Shown here one piece after another: positions 1 through 8,505 of a DNA stretch of 20,000 nucleotides; the stretch's first letter is position 1, and every line of letters starts with the position of its first letter. Under the pieces are notes generated by a model. The model searched no databases and was not told the DNA's origin. It was given only the letters and a program-made list of their open reading frames with translations. Location: assembly GCA_018992565.1 (NCBI GenBank), contig JACVGW010000005.1, forward strand, positions 47,803 through 67,802. Reading direction: 5' to 3'. Made by a program: the position numbers and the translations under genes. This stretch comes from Theionarchaea archaeon. Its GTDB lineage: Archaea; Methanobacteriota_B; Thermococci; Methanofastidiosales; SZ-28-30.

Positions 1-1226
1 ACATCATAGGCGGGAGGTTCCAACCCTAGTACATGGATTGCATGATAGTGGTTATTGTAGATACGACTTAAGGTACGCACTCCTTCAGCAAGGTTATCTC
101 CTAGCCCTTCTCTGGTGGCAGTCTTTTTGATTAGTGAAAGGATAGTATCACCATCGCCGAAGGGGATATCTTCTGTGATGACTCCCTCCTTTGAGAGGCT
201 CATCATGTACCCCAGGATACCTCCCATGGATATGGTATCCATCCCATATTCGTCACAGAGCCTGTTGGCTTCAGCTATCACATTTATGTCATCACAGAGC
301 AGATTCGATCCCAGAGCAAACAATGTTTCAAATTCAGGATCAGATATTCCCTTGTATACTTTTCCGCAGGCAATCATACACCCGTGGCATCCTGTATTTC
401 GGGTCACGTCTTTGATCCACCCGGTGGTATCAATCTGGGAGGCTCTGTCATACTGGCTGTGCTCAAAGTTCTCTGTAGGCAAGACACCCCACAGGTCTGA
501 AAAGGGTATGATGGACTTACCAGTACCCATAGAATGATATCCCTGGTAGGCAGGATATCCTTCCCCGTCTAGAAATCCCTTGAAACATCTTTTTCTCATT
601 TCTTTCACGTTCTGGTGATCATACTCAATCTTCCTTGGAGTAACAACTATAGCTTTGAGATTCTTCCTGCCTAGCACAGCTCCTAGCCCTGTTCTTCCTG
701 CCTGCCTGTTGTCTCCGACGATGGCAGCGAATTTTACCAGGTTTTCACCTGCAGGACCAATACATGCGCAGGACCCGTGGTGTCTCTCTTTGAGGATCTG
801 TTCACATTCTGAGGTTACTACGTTCTTGAGGGTTTGATCTTCTATGATGGAAATGTCTTCATCAATGAGTATGTACGAGAGGGTTTCTGATTTCCCGGTA
901 ATGGCTATATAGTCTAGCCCGTGGGATTTTACGGAGACTCCTAGAGATGCTCCGAAATAGCTTTCTGCAAGAGCATGTGTTAAGGGGGATAGCCCAAAGA
1001 ATCCGCATTTTGAAGTCATGGGGAAGGTGCTTCCATTTAGAACACCAGGCGCGAATATTACCCAGCTTTGTGGAGAGAATGATTGGGTAGGTTTCATTTT
1101 TTGATGAAGAATGTATGCTCCTATGCCATTTCCTCCTAGGAATTGATGTGAAATTGTGTTTTCTATGGACTCATATGAAATTTTCTTTTTTGAAAGGTCT
1201 ATAGTGACTCCTTTTCCGTGAATCAT
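1..1226 (-). CDS. aor: Tungsten-dependent aldehyde:ferredoxin oxidoreductase family protein (3' end runs off the window)
   Basis: Hand-translated; absent from the ORF track because there is no stop inside the window. Open from ATG 1226 to base 3. Motifs: FLGGNGIG, SPLT..AES, CIGPAGENLVKFA, AGRTGLGAVLGRKNLKAI, CHGCMIACG (CxxCxxxC), PEFETLFALGSN, LCDEYGMDTISMG, REGLGDNLAEG, HVLGLEPPAYD. Confidence 0.93.
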   Translation of the reverse strand, partial: MIHGKGVTIDLSKKKISYESIENTISHQFLGGNGIGAYILHQKMKPTQSFSPQSWVIFAPGVLNGSTFPMTSKCGFFGLSPLTHALAESYFGASLGVSVKSHGLDYIAITGKSETLSYILIDEDISIIEDQTLKNVVTSECEQILKERHHGSCACIGPAGENLVKFAAIVGDNRQAGRTGLGAVLGRKNLKAIVVTPRKIEYDHQNVKEMRKRCFKGFLDGEGYPAYQGYHSMGTGKSIIPFSDLWGVLPTENFEHSQYDRASQIDTTGWIKDVTRNTGCHGCMIACGKVYKGISDPEFETLFALGSNLLCDDINVIAEANRLCDEYGMDTISMGGILGYMMSLSKEGVITEDIPFGDGDTILSLIKKTATREGLGDNLAEGVRTLSRIYNNHYHAIHVLGLEPPAYD

Positions 1227-1246
1227 GCGTTGAAGTATTTTTTGTG

Positions 1247-1260
1247 ATTAAATAGTTTTC
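1247..1260 (-). promoter_or_regulatory. BRE/TATA promoter of aor
   Basis: Minus strand reads GAAAAC-TATTTAAT, ending about 20 nt before the ATG at 1226. Confidence 0.6.
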
Positions 1261-2013
1261 GTAATACGGGTAGGTTCGGATGGCTTCCTAAGGATTGCTT
1301 GAAAGGGTTGGACCCTGGGGAACATATAGCGGACTAAATTGGCCCTACTCTGAAAACAGCAGAGCTTTCATGAGCTTATACGCTCCTCTTTTGAGTGGGT
1401 CGTCTCCTTTTTGGAAGAGCCGTGAGACCTTTCTTGAGGATTCGTCTCTTGCATATTGAAGGTAGTCAACGGTAATTTGCTGGCCTGTTTTTCAGAGGAA
1501 TGGACTGAATGATTCTTCTTTCAGCAATTCAAAGAATCTCGATGTAACCTGTATATCTCCTGCACCTGACCATGATTACAAACAGGAGACTCCATCGGCA
1601 GAGTCTTGTATCATTCACGAGAGAAAATGGACATGTCCTTGCTTTCTTACTGGTAAGCAGCAGCCCGGAGTCCCTGGCCTGGAATCTTCTGATGAAGCTT
1701 AGTTCATAGATAACCTGTTACTGCAATGCAATCAAGGCTCATACAAGAACACTTGATAAACAAAAGACACACAAAAGCCTGTTGTGTCATTAATCGAACA
1801 CTGTAATGACTTTCCTCTCCAGTGTATAAGCTCTTGCCTTTTTGCCTTGCATTGATTGCCCTTTGGAAGGCATCTCCAACCACATCACCTCACATTAAAT
1901 TTCACTACCGCTTCAATGGCGGCACCTGTATTTATGGCGTGGCTCTGCTCCGTCTTGTGTATAACAGCCCACTCTATAAGTAAGCTTTAATAGTGACAAG
2001 AAATACCGGTGCC

Positions 2014-2619
2014 ATGATTCACCAGCTCATGAGTTATACCATGGCTTCAAATGTTTTTATTGTTGAAGATGATAGTACTGTCATGGTGGATGCAGGAATG
2101 GGATTATCAAGAAGAGTCACAGATTATGTGAAAGAGAAAGGGCTGACCATAGATATTCTTGTCAATACCCACTGCCATGTTGACCATATTGGTGGGGATA
2201 GACTCTTTCCTGATGCCAGAATTTATGCACATGAACTGGACGCTCCCGATATTGAAACAGGTTCTCAGAAGACACTGTGGCATTTCGGGTTTGACAAGCC
2301 CTTTAAATTCCCCGTATTCAAGAGAGTGAGAGAAGGGGATGTCATCAGCACAGGTGATTACAATTTGAAGGTGATTCACACTCCCGGCCACACGGAAGGG
2401 AGCATGTCACTGTACGAAAAAGACAAGAAGATCTTGTTCTCAGGGGATTGTGTTTTTGATATGGGTATTGGGAGAATGGATTTTCCCACTGGGAATCCAG
2501 AAGACATGAAAAGATCTCTGGAGAGACTTCTCACTCTGGATATTGAAACAATTTATGCAGGTCATGGAGGCACTGGCACCAAGGATAGTATTCGCATGGG
2601 GCTGGAATTCTTCTTCTAG
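2014..2619 (+). CDS. MBL-fold metallo-hydrolase (glyoxalase II-like)
   Basis: VDAG, THCHVDHIGG (HxHxDH), HTPGHTEGS, LFSGD and AGHG motifs. ATG 2014 preferred over GTG 1993, which directly abuts the TATA-like AAGCTTTAATA (1982-1992). Confidence 0.92.
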   Translation: MIHQLMSYTMASNVFIVEDDSTVMVDAGMGLSRRVTDYVKEKGLTIDILVNTHCHVDHIGGDRLFPDARIYAHELDAPDIETGSQKTLWHFGFDKPFKFPVFKRVREGDVISTGDYNLKVIHTPGHTEGSMSLYEKDKKILFSGDCVFDMGIGRMDFPTGNPEDMKRSLERLLTLDIETIYAGHGGTGTKDSIRMGLEFFF

Positions 2620-4667
2620 ATGTAGGTTTCTACTGTAATCTCCCCGGACTGTACGAGACCGTCACTATTCCCATCAATCCATCTGACAAACATTAGATGA
2701 TTGTTCTGATACGTGGTCCAGAAATCTGGGTCCCCCACCAAAACAGAACCCGCATAGGTGCCTTCCCAGCCGTAGCCCCATACAACCATGACATTTCTCC
2801 CATTATCTACTCCTAAATAAATCACGCAGGCATCCTGTGCTGGATACTGGGTCAGATCCAGATGAATGGATTCTCCTTCACAGAAGATATCAAATTCGAC
2901 TCCTGGATTGTTATTATAGGTAATGCCCAGTATAGCATCAAATTCATCAGCCACGGGGCTTACAGCAGGTCCTCCCACAATGATGAGGTTTCCTGTATCA
3001 TGCTCTGTCTGGGTCATGATCAAATCAGTTCGTCCCTCTGGATTCTCTGTTAGCCCACCAACGGCCAGCCCATAGGAAATCTTACCAGTACCCAGAACAT
3101 CGGTGCAGTAGGCCGTATCTCCCACCACAAAGAAAGAATTCGTGCTGAACAGCCCAGGGTAGTCAGCAAAGGTCACAGCAGGAGGATCACCGATGACTCC
3201 CCTGATGCCGATATCCCAATTGTATCCCTCCTGGACTAAATTGTACCAGGTTACCCCATCTGAACTATCAAAGGATCTCTGGGTAATGGGGGTATGGTCA
3301 TCAATGGGTACAGGATAATTGTATCCCGGGGTGTTAAATCGAATTGCCACAAAAATGTCATCACCGGAATTAACCTGAGGAGGAGAGGCTAGCCGCACGG
3401 AGCAGTATCCTGCTTTAGTAGTCGTACCTGATTGGGAGGCTAGCAGCGTATTGAACCCATACGGTCCACCTCCGGAGATATTGTCATAGACATACAACTG
3501 GTAATTTACCGTGCTGTTAGTTGACCAGAACTCCACACGCTTTAGAATCCCGTTTTTTGGCGGCGTCAGCTGGACAGCACCCCACCAGGTGTTGGTACCA
3601 CTCCCAAATGAATCTTCGTATCCATATTCATCATAGTACACTGTGATTTCACTGGTGTCGTATGCTCTGCTCAAGGTCACTGCGGAGACTGTCTGGCAGA
3701 TCATGGCAGCACCATAGGCAATTGCAAAGTACCCATCTTCTCCCCAGGATGTTCCCCAGGAGTTCTTCACAATCCATGCTCCTGTCCCGTGGGAGTGAGT
3801 TAGAGTATCATTCCATCCTATTAAAAGAACACCGTGATTTTCCGTTGAAGGGGTCCACCATTCATACACCCCTCCCGTATAGGCAGAAAATCCGGGTCCT
3901 GATGCATCCATGGTAACGATAAGGGGCCCATAGTCCAGAAGAGCCTGCTTCACCAGGTTGACCTTTGTTGTATCTGCGCTGTCCAGGTTTGTCCCAATGA
4001 ACTTGAAGCCACTCAGTTTCCTTACATACGCACAGGATTTACACAGTGTCCCATCTGCAGCATCATAAGGGGCACAGGTCTCTAAAGAAGCACCAAATTT
4101 GGTGAGATAGTTGACCGCGATCAACTCGTTTCCCCCTGAGCAGCCAGCATTATACACGTTACAGGATAACACATTTTCCTCTGAGAGGTTGTATTCAGGC
4201 CCTCCCTCTACTAGTATCTTGGATTCCAGTGCTCCAACACCAGAGAAGGCCCAGCAACTTCCACAGCCCCCCTGATTCCTGGGCGGAGTGACCTTTCCCA
4301 GTGTGCGATAATCAAAGATGGAAGGCAGAGCTCGAGGAACATACCCTTGTGGCAGACTCCCATCAGTGATTTCCAGGTGGCTCAAATCTTGGGAGGGAGG
4401 ACGGTATCCCATCAGGGTGGCTCTCTCTTCAAGTGGCAAATCATAAACCCAGGTCTCACCCACGGTATACCCATACTTATTGGCGCGTATCATTTCCCTG
4501 ATTTCTTCCAGCGTCATGGAAACCATGGGGGCAGCAGGTTGCAGTGGTCTGTCAGGTGCTTTCTGCAATGGCTGACCAGGAGCCCCAACAGGGATTACAG
4601 TAAGAGAAAGGATAACTATAACCAACAGGGTCAAAGCCCTCATTCGTGTGACTATATTTGTTCTCAT
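2616..4667 (-). CDS. Secreted papain-family (C1A) cysteine peptidase with a beta-rich lectin-like domain and an S-layer-like C-terminal module
   Basis: Hydrophobic signal peptide and propeptide; QGGCGSCWAF (catalytic Cys), NHGVLLIGW (His), KNSWG (Asn). C-terminal module contains GNLIIVGGPAVSPVA and DGNSDGLVQSGE. Its TAG overlaps the convergent MBL gene's TAG (CTAG 2616-2619). Confidence 0.93.
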   Translation of the reverse strand: MRTNIVTRMRALTLLVIVILSLTVIPVGAPGQPLQKAPDRPLQPAAPMVSMTLEEIREMIRANKYGYTVGETWVYDLPLEERATLMGYRPPSQDLSHLEITDGSLPQGYVPRALPSIFDYRTLGKVTPPRNQGGCGSCWAFSGVGALESKILVEGGPEYNLSEENVLSCNVYNAGCSGGNELIAVNYLTKFGASLETCAPYDAADGTLCKSCAYVRKLSGFKFIGTNLDSADTTKVNLVKQALLDYGPLIVTMDASGPGFSAYTGGVYEWWTPSTENHGVLLIGWNDTLTHSHGTGAWIVKNSWGTSWGEDGYFAIAYGAAMICQTVSAVTLSRAYDTSEITVYYDEYGYEDSFGSGTNTWWGAVQLTPPKNGILKRVEFWSTNSTVNYQLYVYDNISGGGPYGFNTLLASQSGTTTKAGYCSVRLASPPQVNSGDDIFVAIRFNTPGYNYPVPIDDHTPITQRSFDSSDGVTWYNLVQEGYNWDIGIRGVIGDPPAVTFADYPGLFSTNSFFVVGDTAYCTDVLGTGKISYGLAVGGLTENPEGRTDLIMTQTEHDTGNLIIVGGPAVSPVADEFDAILGITYNNNPGVEFDIFCEGESIHLDLTQYPAQDACVIYLGVDNGRNVMVVWGYGWEGTYAGSVLVGDPDFWTTYQNNHLMFVRWIDGNSDGLVQSGEITVETYI

Positions 4668-4745
4668 ATGTTTTCACTTCCTCTTCTCTTTTTCAAATAC
4701 CCCTCTTAACGGGGGAATAATGTATCATGTCTATTGAACTGCCAG

Positions 4746-4759
4746 TATATAAACTTGCG
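4746..4759 (-). promoter_or_regulatory. BRE/TATA promoter of the C1A peptidase
   Basis: Minus strand CGCAAG-TTTATATA about 80 nt upstream of the ATG, implying a leader of roughly 55 nt that contains a small CCCC/GGGG hairpin near 4700-4716. Confidence 0.55.
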
Positions 4760-4810
4760 TATCATTATTGCGAAATACGTGAAGATTAAGGCACAGGAGA
4801 AGGTTAACTC

Positions 4811-5056
4811 CTATTCTGCCCGTCTCCTTAACTGTGTATTGGTGGAGGCCAGCATTCTCAACACCATCTCGAAACTCTCATCAGGGGAGAGTGCCTTATT
4901 CAGGAAAACTCCTGTTCGTCCCACTTTATCTCGTCTCTGCAGNNNNNNNNNNNNNNNNNNNNNNNNNNNNNNNNNNNNNNNNNNNNNNNNNNNNNNNNNN
5001 NNNNNNNNNNNNNNNNNNNNNNNNNNNNNNNNNNNNNNNNNNGTTTGCTTCCTCAT
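4811..5056 (-). CDS. Hypothetical protein interrupted by the assembly gap (true length unknown)
   Basis: ATG at 5056 overlaps the cutA stop (ATGA). A 43-codon open stretch beyond the gap ends at TAG 4811, where a small AGGAG/CTCCT hairpin begins. Linkage across the gap is not provable. Confidence 0.4.
   Translation of the reverse strand: MRKQXXXXXXXXXXXXXXXXXXXXXXXXXXXXXXXXXXLQRRDKVGRTGVFLNKALSPDESFEMVLRMLASTNTQLRRRAE
4943..5042. other. Scaffold gap (100 N)
   Basis: Run of exactly 100 N, a common placeholder for a gap of unknown size. Confidence 0.99.
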
Positions 5057-5364
5057 GTAACCACTTCGGAAATCCAGGCAAAGAAGGGATTGAACCCATC
5101 CCCTACAGGGATTTCCACGATATCTGGTACTTCATAGGAGTGCATCCTTTTAACTTCTTCGATTACAGCACCCACTTTCCTTCTTTCAGTCTTCACCAGT
5201 GCAGCATATTCCTGGGCTTCTTCCAGGTTCTCCTTCCAGATGTACAGGGAGGAGATGGGAAAGAGGTTGGCACAAGCAATAGATTTCTTCTCCAGCAACT
5301 TCCTGGCAATTGCGCGTGCTTCTTTTTCAGTGCCAGAGGTAAAATAAACAAAAGAATATTCCAT
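5053..5364 (-). CDS. cutA: Divalent-cation tolerance protein CutA
   Basis: 103 aa; LLEKKSIACAN, SLYIWKE and HSYEVPDI motifs. Confidence 0.95.
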   Translation of the reverse strand: MEYSFVYFTSGTEKEARAIARKLLEKKSIACANLFPISSLYIWKENLEEAQEYAALVKTERRKVGAVIEEVKRMHSYEVPDIVEIPVGDGFNPFFAWISEVVT

Positions 5365-5385
5365 GAAAAAAAGGAGAAAGAGAGC

Positions 5386-5400
5386 TATATAAAGGTTTTC
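5386..5400 (-). promoter_or_regulatory. BRE/TATA promoter of cutA
   Basis: Minus strand GAAAACC-TTTATATA, ending 21 nt before the ATG. Confidence 0.7.
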
Positions 5401-5440
5401 ACTTTGATGATTGAGAATCGAACCTGACCATGCCTCCTGT

Positions 5441-7447
5441 TCAACCCTTTAAATATGTGTCAAACCACCGGTTCATGTGGTTCAACCGTGCAATACGGCG
5501 ATCAGTTCTCCCTGTCCGGGAGAGACCATGGAATTCATCAGGGAACAGAATGAGCTCGGTGTCCACGCCCAGGCGTTTTAACGCTACAAAAACCTGTAAT
5601 CCCTGTTCTTTGTCAGCACGCAGATCATTTTCGCTGTGCATGACCTGGGTCGGTGTCTTGGCATTGCCAATGTACTTCATGGGTGACTGCTTCCAGTAGT
5701 TATCAATATTTTCCCAGGGAGGTTCACTCCCAAATTCATCCTGAAATGCCCAGTTGAAGTCACTGGACCCATACATACTGGTCAGGTTGCTGACACTTCG
5801 CTGGGTGACAGCTGCCTTGAACCGATGCGTATGTCCAATGATCCAATTTGTCATGTACCCACCGTAGCTCCCGCCGGTGACCCCCATTCGATTCTTGTCA
5901 ATGTAGGGGTTCTTTTCCATGTAGTCTGCCCAGGCCATCAAGTCTTCATAGTCTACAGTGCCCCACACATTCCAGATACTCTTGGAGTGTGCTTCACCGT
6001 AGCCCTGACCGCCTCTGGGATTGCAGAAATACACCACATATCCCTGAGCTGCCAGGAAGAAGAATTCATGCATGAAGAAATTACCATACTGTACGCGGGG
6101 ACCACCATGGATTTCCAATATGGAGGGATACGTCTTAGATTCATCAAAGCCCGGAGGCTTCACAATCCATCCCTGGAGATCATTGCCTGCACTTCCTTTG
6201 AACCAGACCTCCTCTACTTCGCCCAGGTCCAGAGACGTGAACAGGTCTTCATTGACGTGGGTCATCTGGGCCTTGGTTTTCTTCTTCATGTCATAGGCCC
6301 ATAGCTGTCCTGGGTCTTTCATGTCACCGCGGAAGTAGGCCAGAACATTCTGAGGTGCATCCAACGTGAAAGCTCCCACCACGCCTGCGTCCTCAATAAT
6401 GGATTCCAGATGATTATCCAACGTTATTGCTCGAAGGACAGTGTTCCCATGATGTGCAACTTGGAAATATATCTTCTTTGAATCATGTGACCAGGTAGGG
6501 GGCGTTTGGGCAGGTGAACCAGGGAGATCATTAATAGTCCAGGCGGCCACATTAAAATCATGTTCGGCAGTCAGGTTCTGTGAAGGGGCAGATCCATCAA
6601 AAGGCACAACCCATAGCCGGGTTGATTTCCATGGAACCTGTTTTCCTTCCTGGCCATAATACGCAATCCATTTTCCATCAGGGGATACCGAAGGATGGTC
6701 TTTTGTCCCCGGTGGTGTATCAACTCTCCGGAAGTCTCCACCTTTTCGTGGTATGACAAAAAGGTCCACTGCATCAGGATCTAGATCAGGGTCTTGGGCC
6801 CGGTTGGACATGAAAACAATATGATTTCCATCCGGAGACCACGTGGGCTCAACTTCATCAAAGATGTCATGATCTGTTATCTGGGTAGCCTCCCCTGTTT
6901 CAGCATCGACAACCCAGAGATGGGAGCGTTCTTTTGATGAGAATCCTTTTCCATCTTCCTTATAGAAAGCACGGGTGATATGGCGAGATACTATTCCCAG
7001 TTTCTTCTTGGCTTCGTCTTCTTCTCGTTCAATCTCCTTCTGGTCCTTCTTTTGGAAACAGCAAACGAATTCCGTACCGTGAGGAGACCATTCATAGCTC
7101 TCAATAGTTCCCTTGAAATCGGTTAATTTTCGGGCTTCCCCTCCCTTAAATGGAATAATGTAGATCTGGGGCTGCTTCTCATCGTCTCTATTTGAAAGGA
7201 ATGCGATCTGGGAGCCATCAGGTGACCAGCGAGGAGTAGAATCCGAGTGGTCGCCATAGGTGAACTGAACTGAACTGCCTCCCCCCACAGGAACAGCCCA
7301 TAGGTTGTTGTATTTTTTCTCAGTCTTTCTGTCAATTCGCTGCATGGCATATATCACATGTGTTCCATCAGGCGAAATCTGGCAATCAGAAACAAGGGCA
7401 ATGTCGTAGAGATCTTCTGCTGAAATGAATCGTTTTTTAGCTGGCAT
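5441..7447 (-). CDS. S9 family (S9C-like) acylaminoacyl/dipeptidyl peptidase
   Basis: N-terminal beta-propeller with WSPDG repeats; HGGP, GGSYGG (nucleophile Ser), END.R (Asp) and DEFHG (His). No signal peptide. Confidence 0.95.
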   Translation of the reverse strand: MPAKKRFISAEDLYDIALVSDCQISPDGTHVIYAMQRIDRKTEKKYNNLWAVPVGGGSSVQFTYGDHSDSTPRWSPDGSQIAFLSNRDDEKQPQIYIIPFKGGEARKLTDFKGTIESYEWSPHGTEFVCCFQKKDQKEIEREEDEAKKKLGIVSRHITRAFYKEDGKGFSSKERSHLWVVDAETGEATQITDHDIFDEVEPTWSPDGNHIVFMSNRAQDPDLDPDAVDLFVIPRKGGDFRRVDTPPGTKDHPSVSPDGKWIAYYGQEGKQVPWKSTRLWVVPFDGSAPSQNLTAEHDFNVAAWTINDLPGSPAQTPPTWSHDSKKIYFQVAHHGNTVLRAITLDNHLESIIEDAGVVGAFTLDAPQNVLAYFRGDMKDPGQLWAYDMKKKTKAQMTHVNEDLFTSLDLGEVEEVWFKGSAGNDLQGWIVKPPGFDESKTYPSILEIHGGPRVQYGNFFMHEFFFLAAQGYVVYFCNPRGGQGYGEAHSKSIWNVWGTVDYEDLMAWADYMEKNPYIDKNRMGVTGGSYGGYMTNWIIGHTHRFKAAVTQRSVSNLTSMYGSSDFNWAFQDEFGSEPPWENIDNYWKQSPMKYIGNAKTPTQVMHSENDLRADKEQGLQVFVALKRLGVDTELILFPDEFHGLSRTGRTDRRIARLNHMNRWFDTYLKG

Positions 7448-7543
7448 ACTCTCTCTTGTACAGTTAGCGTTTTAAGGGTTGTGCTTTTACTAAAATTGGG
7501 CTCTAGAATTGGATTGACAGTAATATGAACATCAAAAAAAATT

Positions 7544-8338
7544 CTAGAAGCAGTACTCCACAGGCACTGTGGCAGCTTTAGCGATTCTCTTTCTTAAGAC
7601 AGACTCATAATCAGTCCCTGCCCTGAGAGTTGCATACTTCGGGATCAGTTCTGGGTTCCAGTTGGTGAGTACAGAACGAATTCTCTCCCACGAGGTGTTG
7701 TATAAGTTCATTTTATCTACAATGACGTACGAAACATACTCTTCCAGAATGGAGAATACCGTGGCGATTGCCTGAGGAGTATCTGATATAAATGGTAGAA
7801 TAGGTCCAAAAAAGGCATATGTCGTTATGCCAGCCTTGCTGACCTCTTTCAGGGCATGCAGTCTGTCCTGAAGAGCAGAGCTTCCAGGCTCAAACTGGGC
7901 TCTCACCGTTTCATCCAGAGTCGTAAAAGTAAATCCTACCTCACAGGATAAATCTTTGAGAATATCAATGTCTCTGGTCACTAGTGCTGACTTTGTCAGT
8001 ATGGAGACAAAAAAGGAAGCATGCTCCAGCTGTGTAAGACACTTCCTTGTGATTTCATACTGTGCTTCCACTGGTTGGTAGGCATCTGTGACACTTGAGA
8101 AGAGGACTCTCCCTTTTTTCAGTGTCTTCAATTGTTTCTTGAGTATTGACGGTGCATTGACCTTTACATCCACGAATTGCCCCCACGGCTCTCTATGGTT
8201 GGTATACTTCTTCATGAAAGTGGCATAGCAGTACGCGCAATTGTGCTGGCATCCCGTATACGGATTGACAGCGTAATCAACTCCATAGATGCGTGATTTC
8301 ACCACTACAGACTTGCAGGTGACTTCCGATATCTTCAT
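7544..8338 (-). CDS. Radical SAM protein, spore-photoproduct-lyase-like family (COG1533)
   Basis: NPYTGCQHNCAYCYA (CxxxCxxC), SSVTDAYQPVE, ILTKS, FEPG and GPILP motifs. Start is ATG 8338 or GTG 8341. Confidence 0.9.
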   Translation of the reverse strand: MKISEVTCKSVVVKSRIYGVDYAVNPYTGCQHNCAYCYATFMKKYTNHREPWGQFVDVKVNAPSILKKQLKTLKKGRVLFSSVTDAYQPVEAQYEITRKCLTQLEHASFFVSILTKSALVTRDIDILKDLSCEVGFTFTTLDETVRAQFEPGSSALQDRLHALKEVSKAGITTYAFFGPILPFISDTPQAIATVFSILEEYVSYVIVDKMNLYNTSWERIRSVLTNWNPELIPKYATLRAGTDYESVLRKRIAKAATVPVEYCF

Positions 8339-8505
8339 CACCTCGGATAGGAGTCTGAGCTTAAAAGCCTATTTGGCACATACCCGCTGGTAGAGACCCT
8401 TCACTGACAGCTCGTGTCACTCTGGAGAGAATCGCATAGAGTATGGGTTTCTGTGAATATATTAAAGTAAAAAGGTATTTATACTCATTCTGGTGTTGGT
8501 TATGT

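Noticed and set aside
115..837. Plus-strand ORFs 115-537, 191-415 and 655-837
   Set aside because: Antisense shadows of the AOR gene. The same applies to the many short ORFs lying opposite or inside other well-supported genes.
1345..1570. In-frame TGA at 1494-1492 as a possible selenocysteine codon
   Set aside because: The frame is closed by TAA shortly upstream with no good start, there is no redox-motif context, and no recognisable archaeal SECIS.
1808..1817. GAGGAAAGTC on the minus strand, resembling the RNase P RNA conserved region I
   Set aside because: Followed by ATTAC rather than the C-rich consensus; no matching 3' ACAGAA…GGCUUA element, closing P1 helix or GC-rich character.
4734..5427. 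Plus-strand ORFs spanning the N run
   Set aside because: Artefacts of reading through Ns; the longer one is also antisense to cutA.
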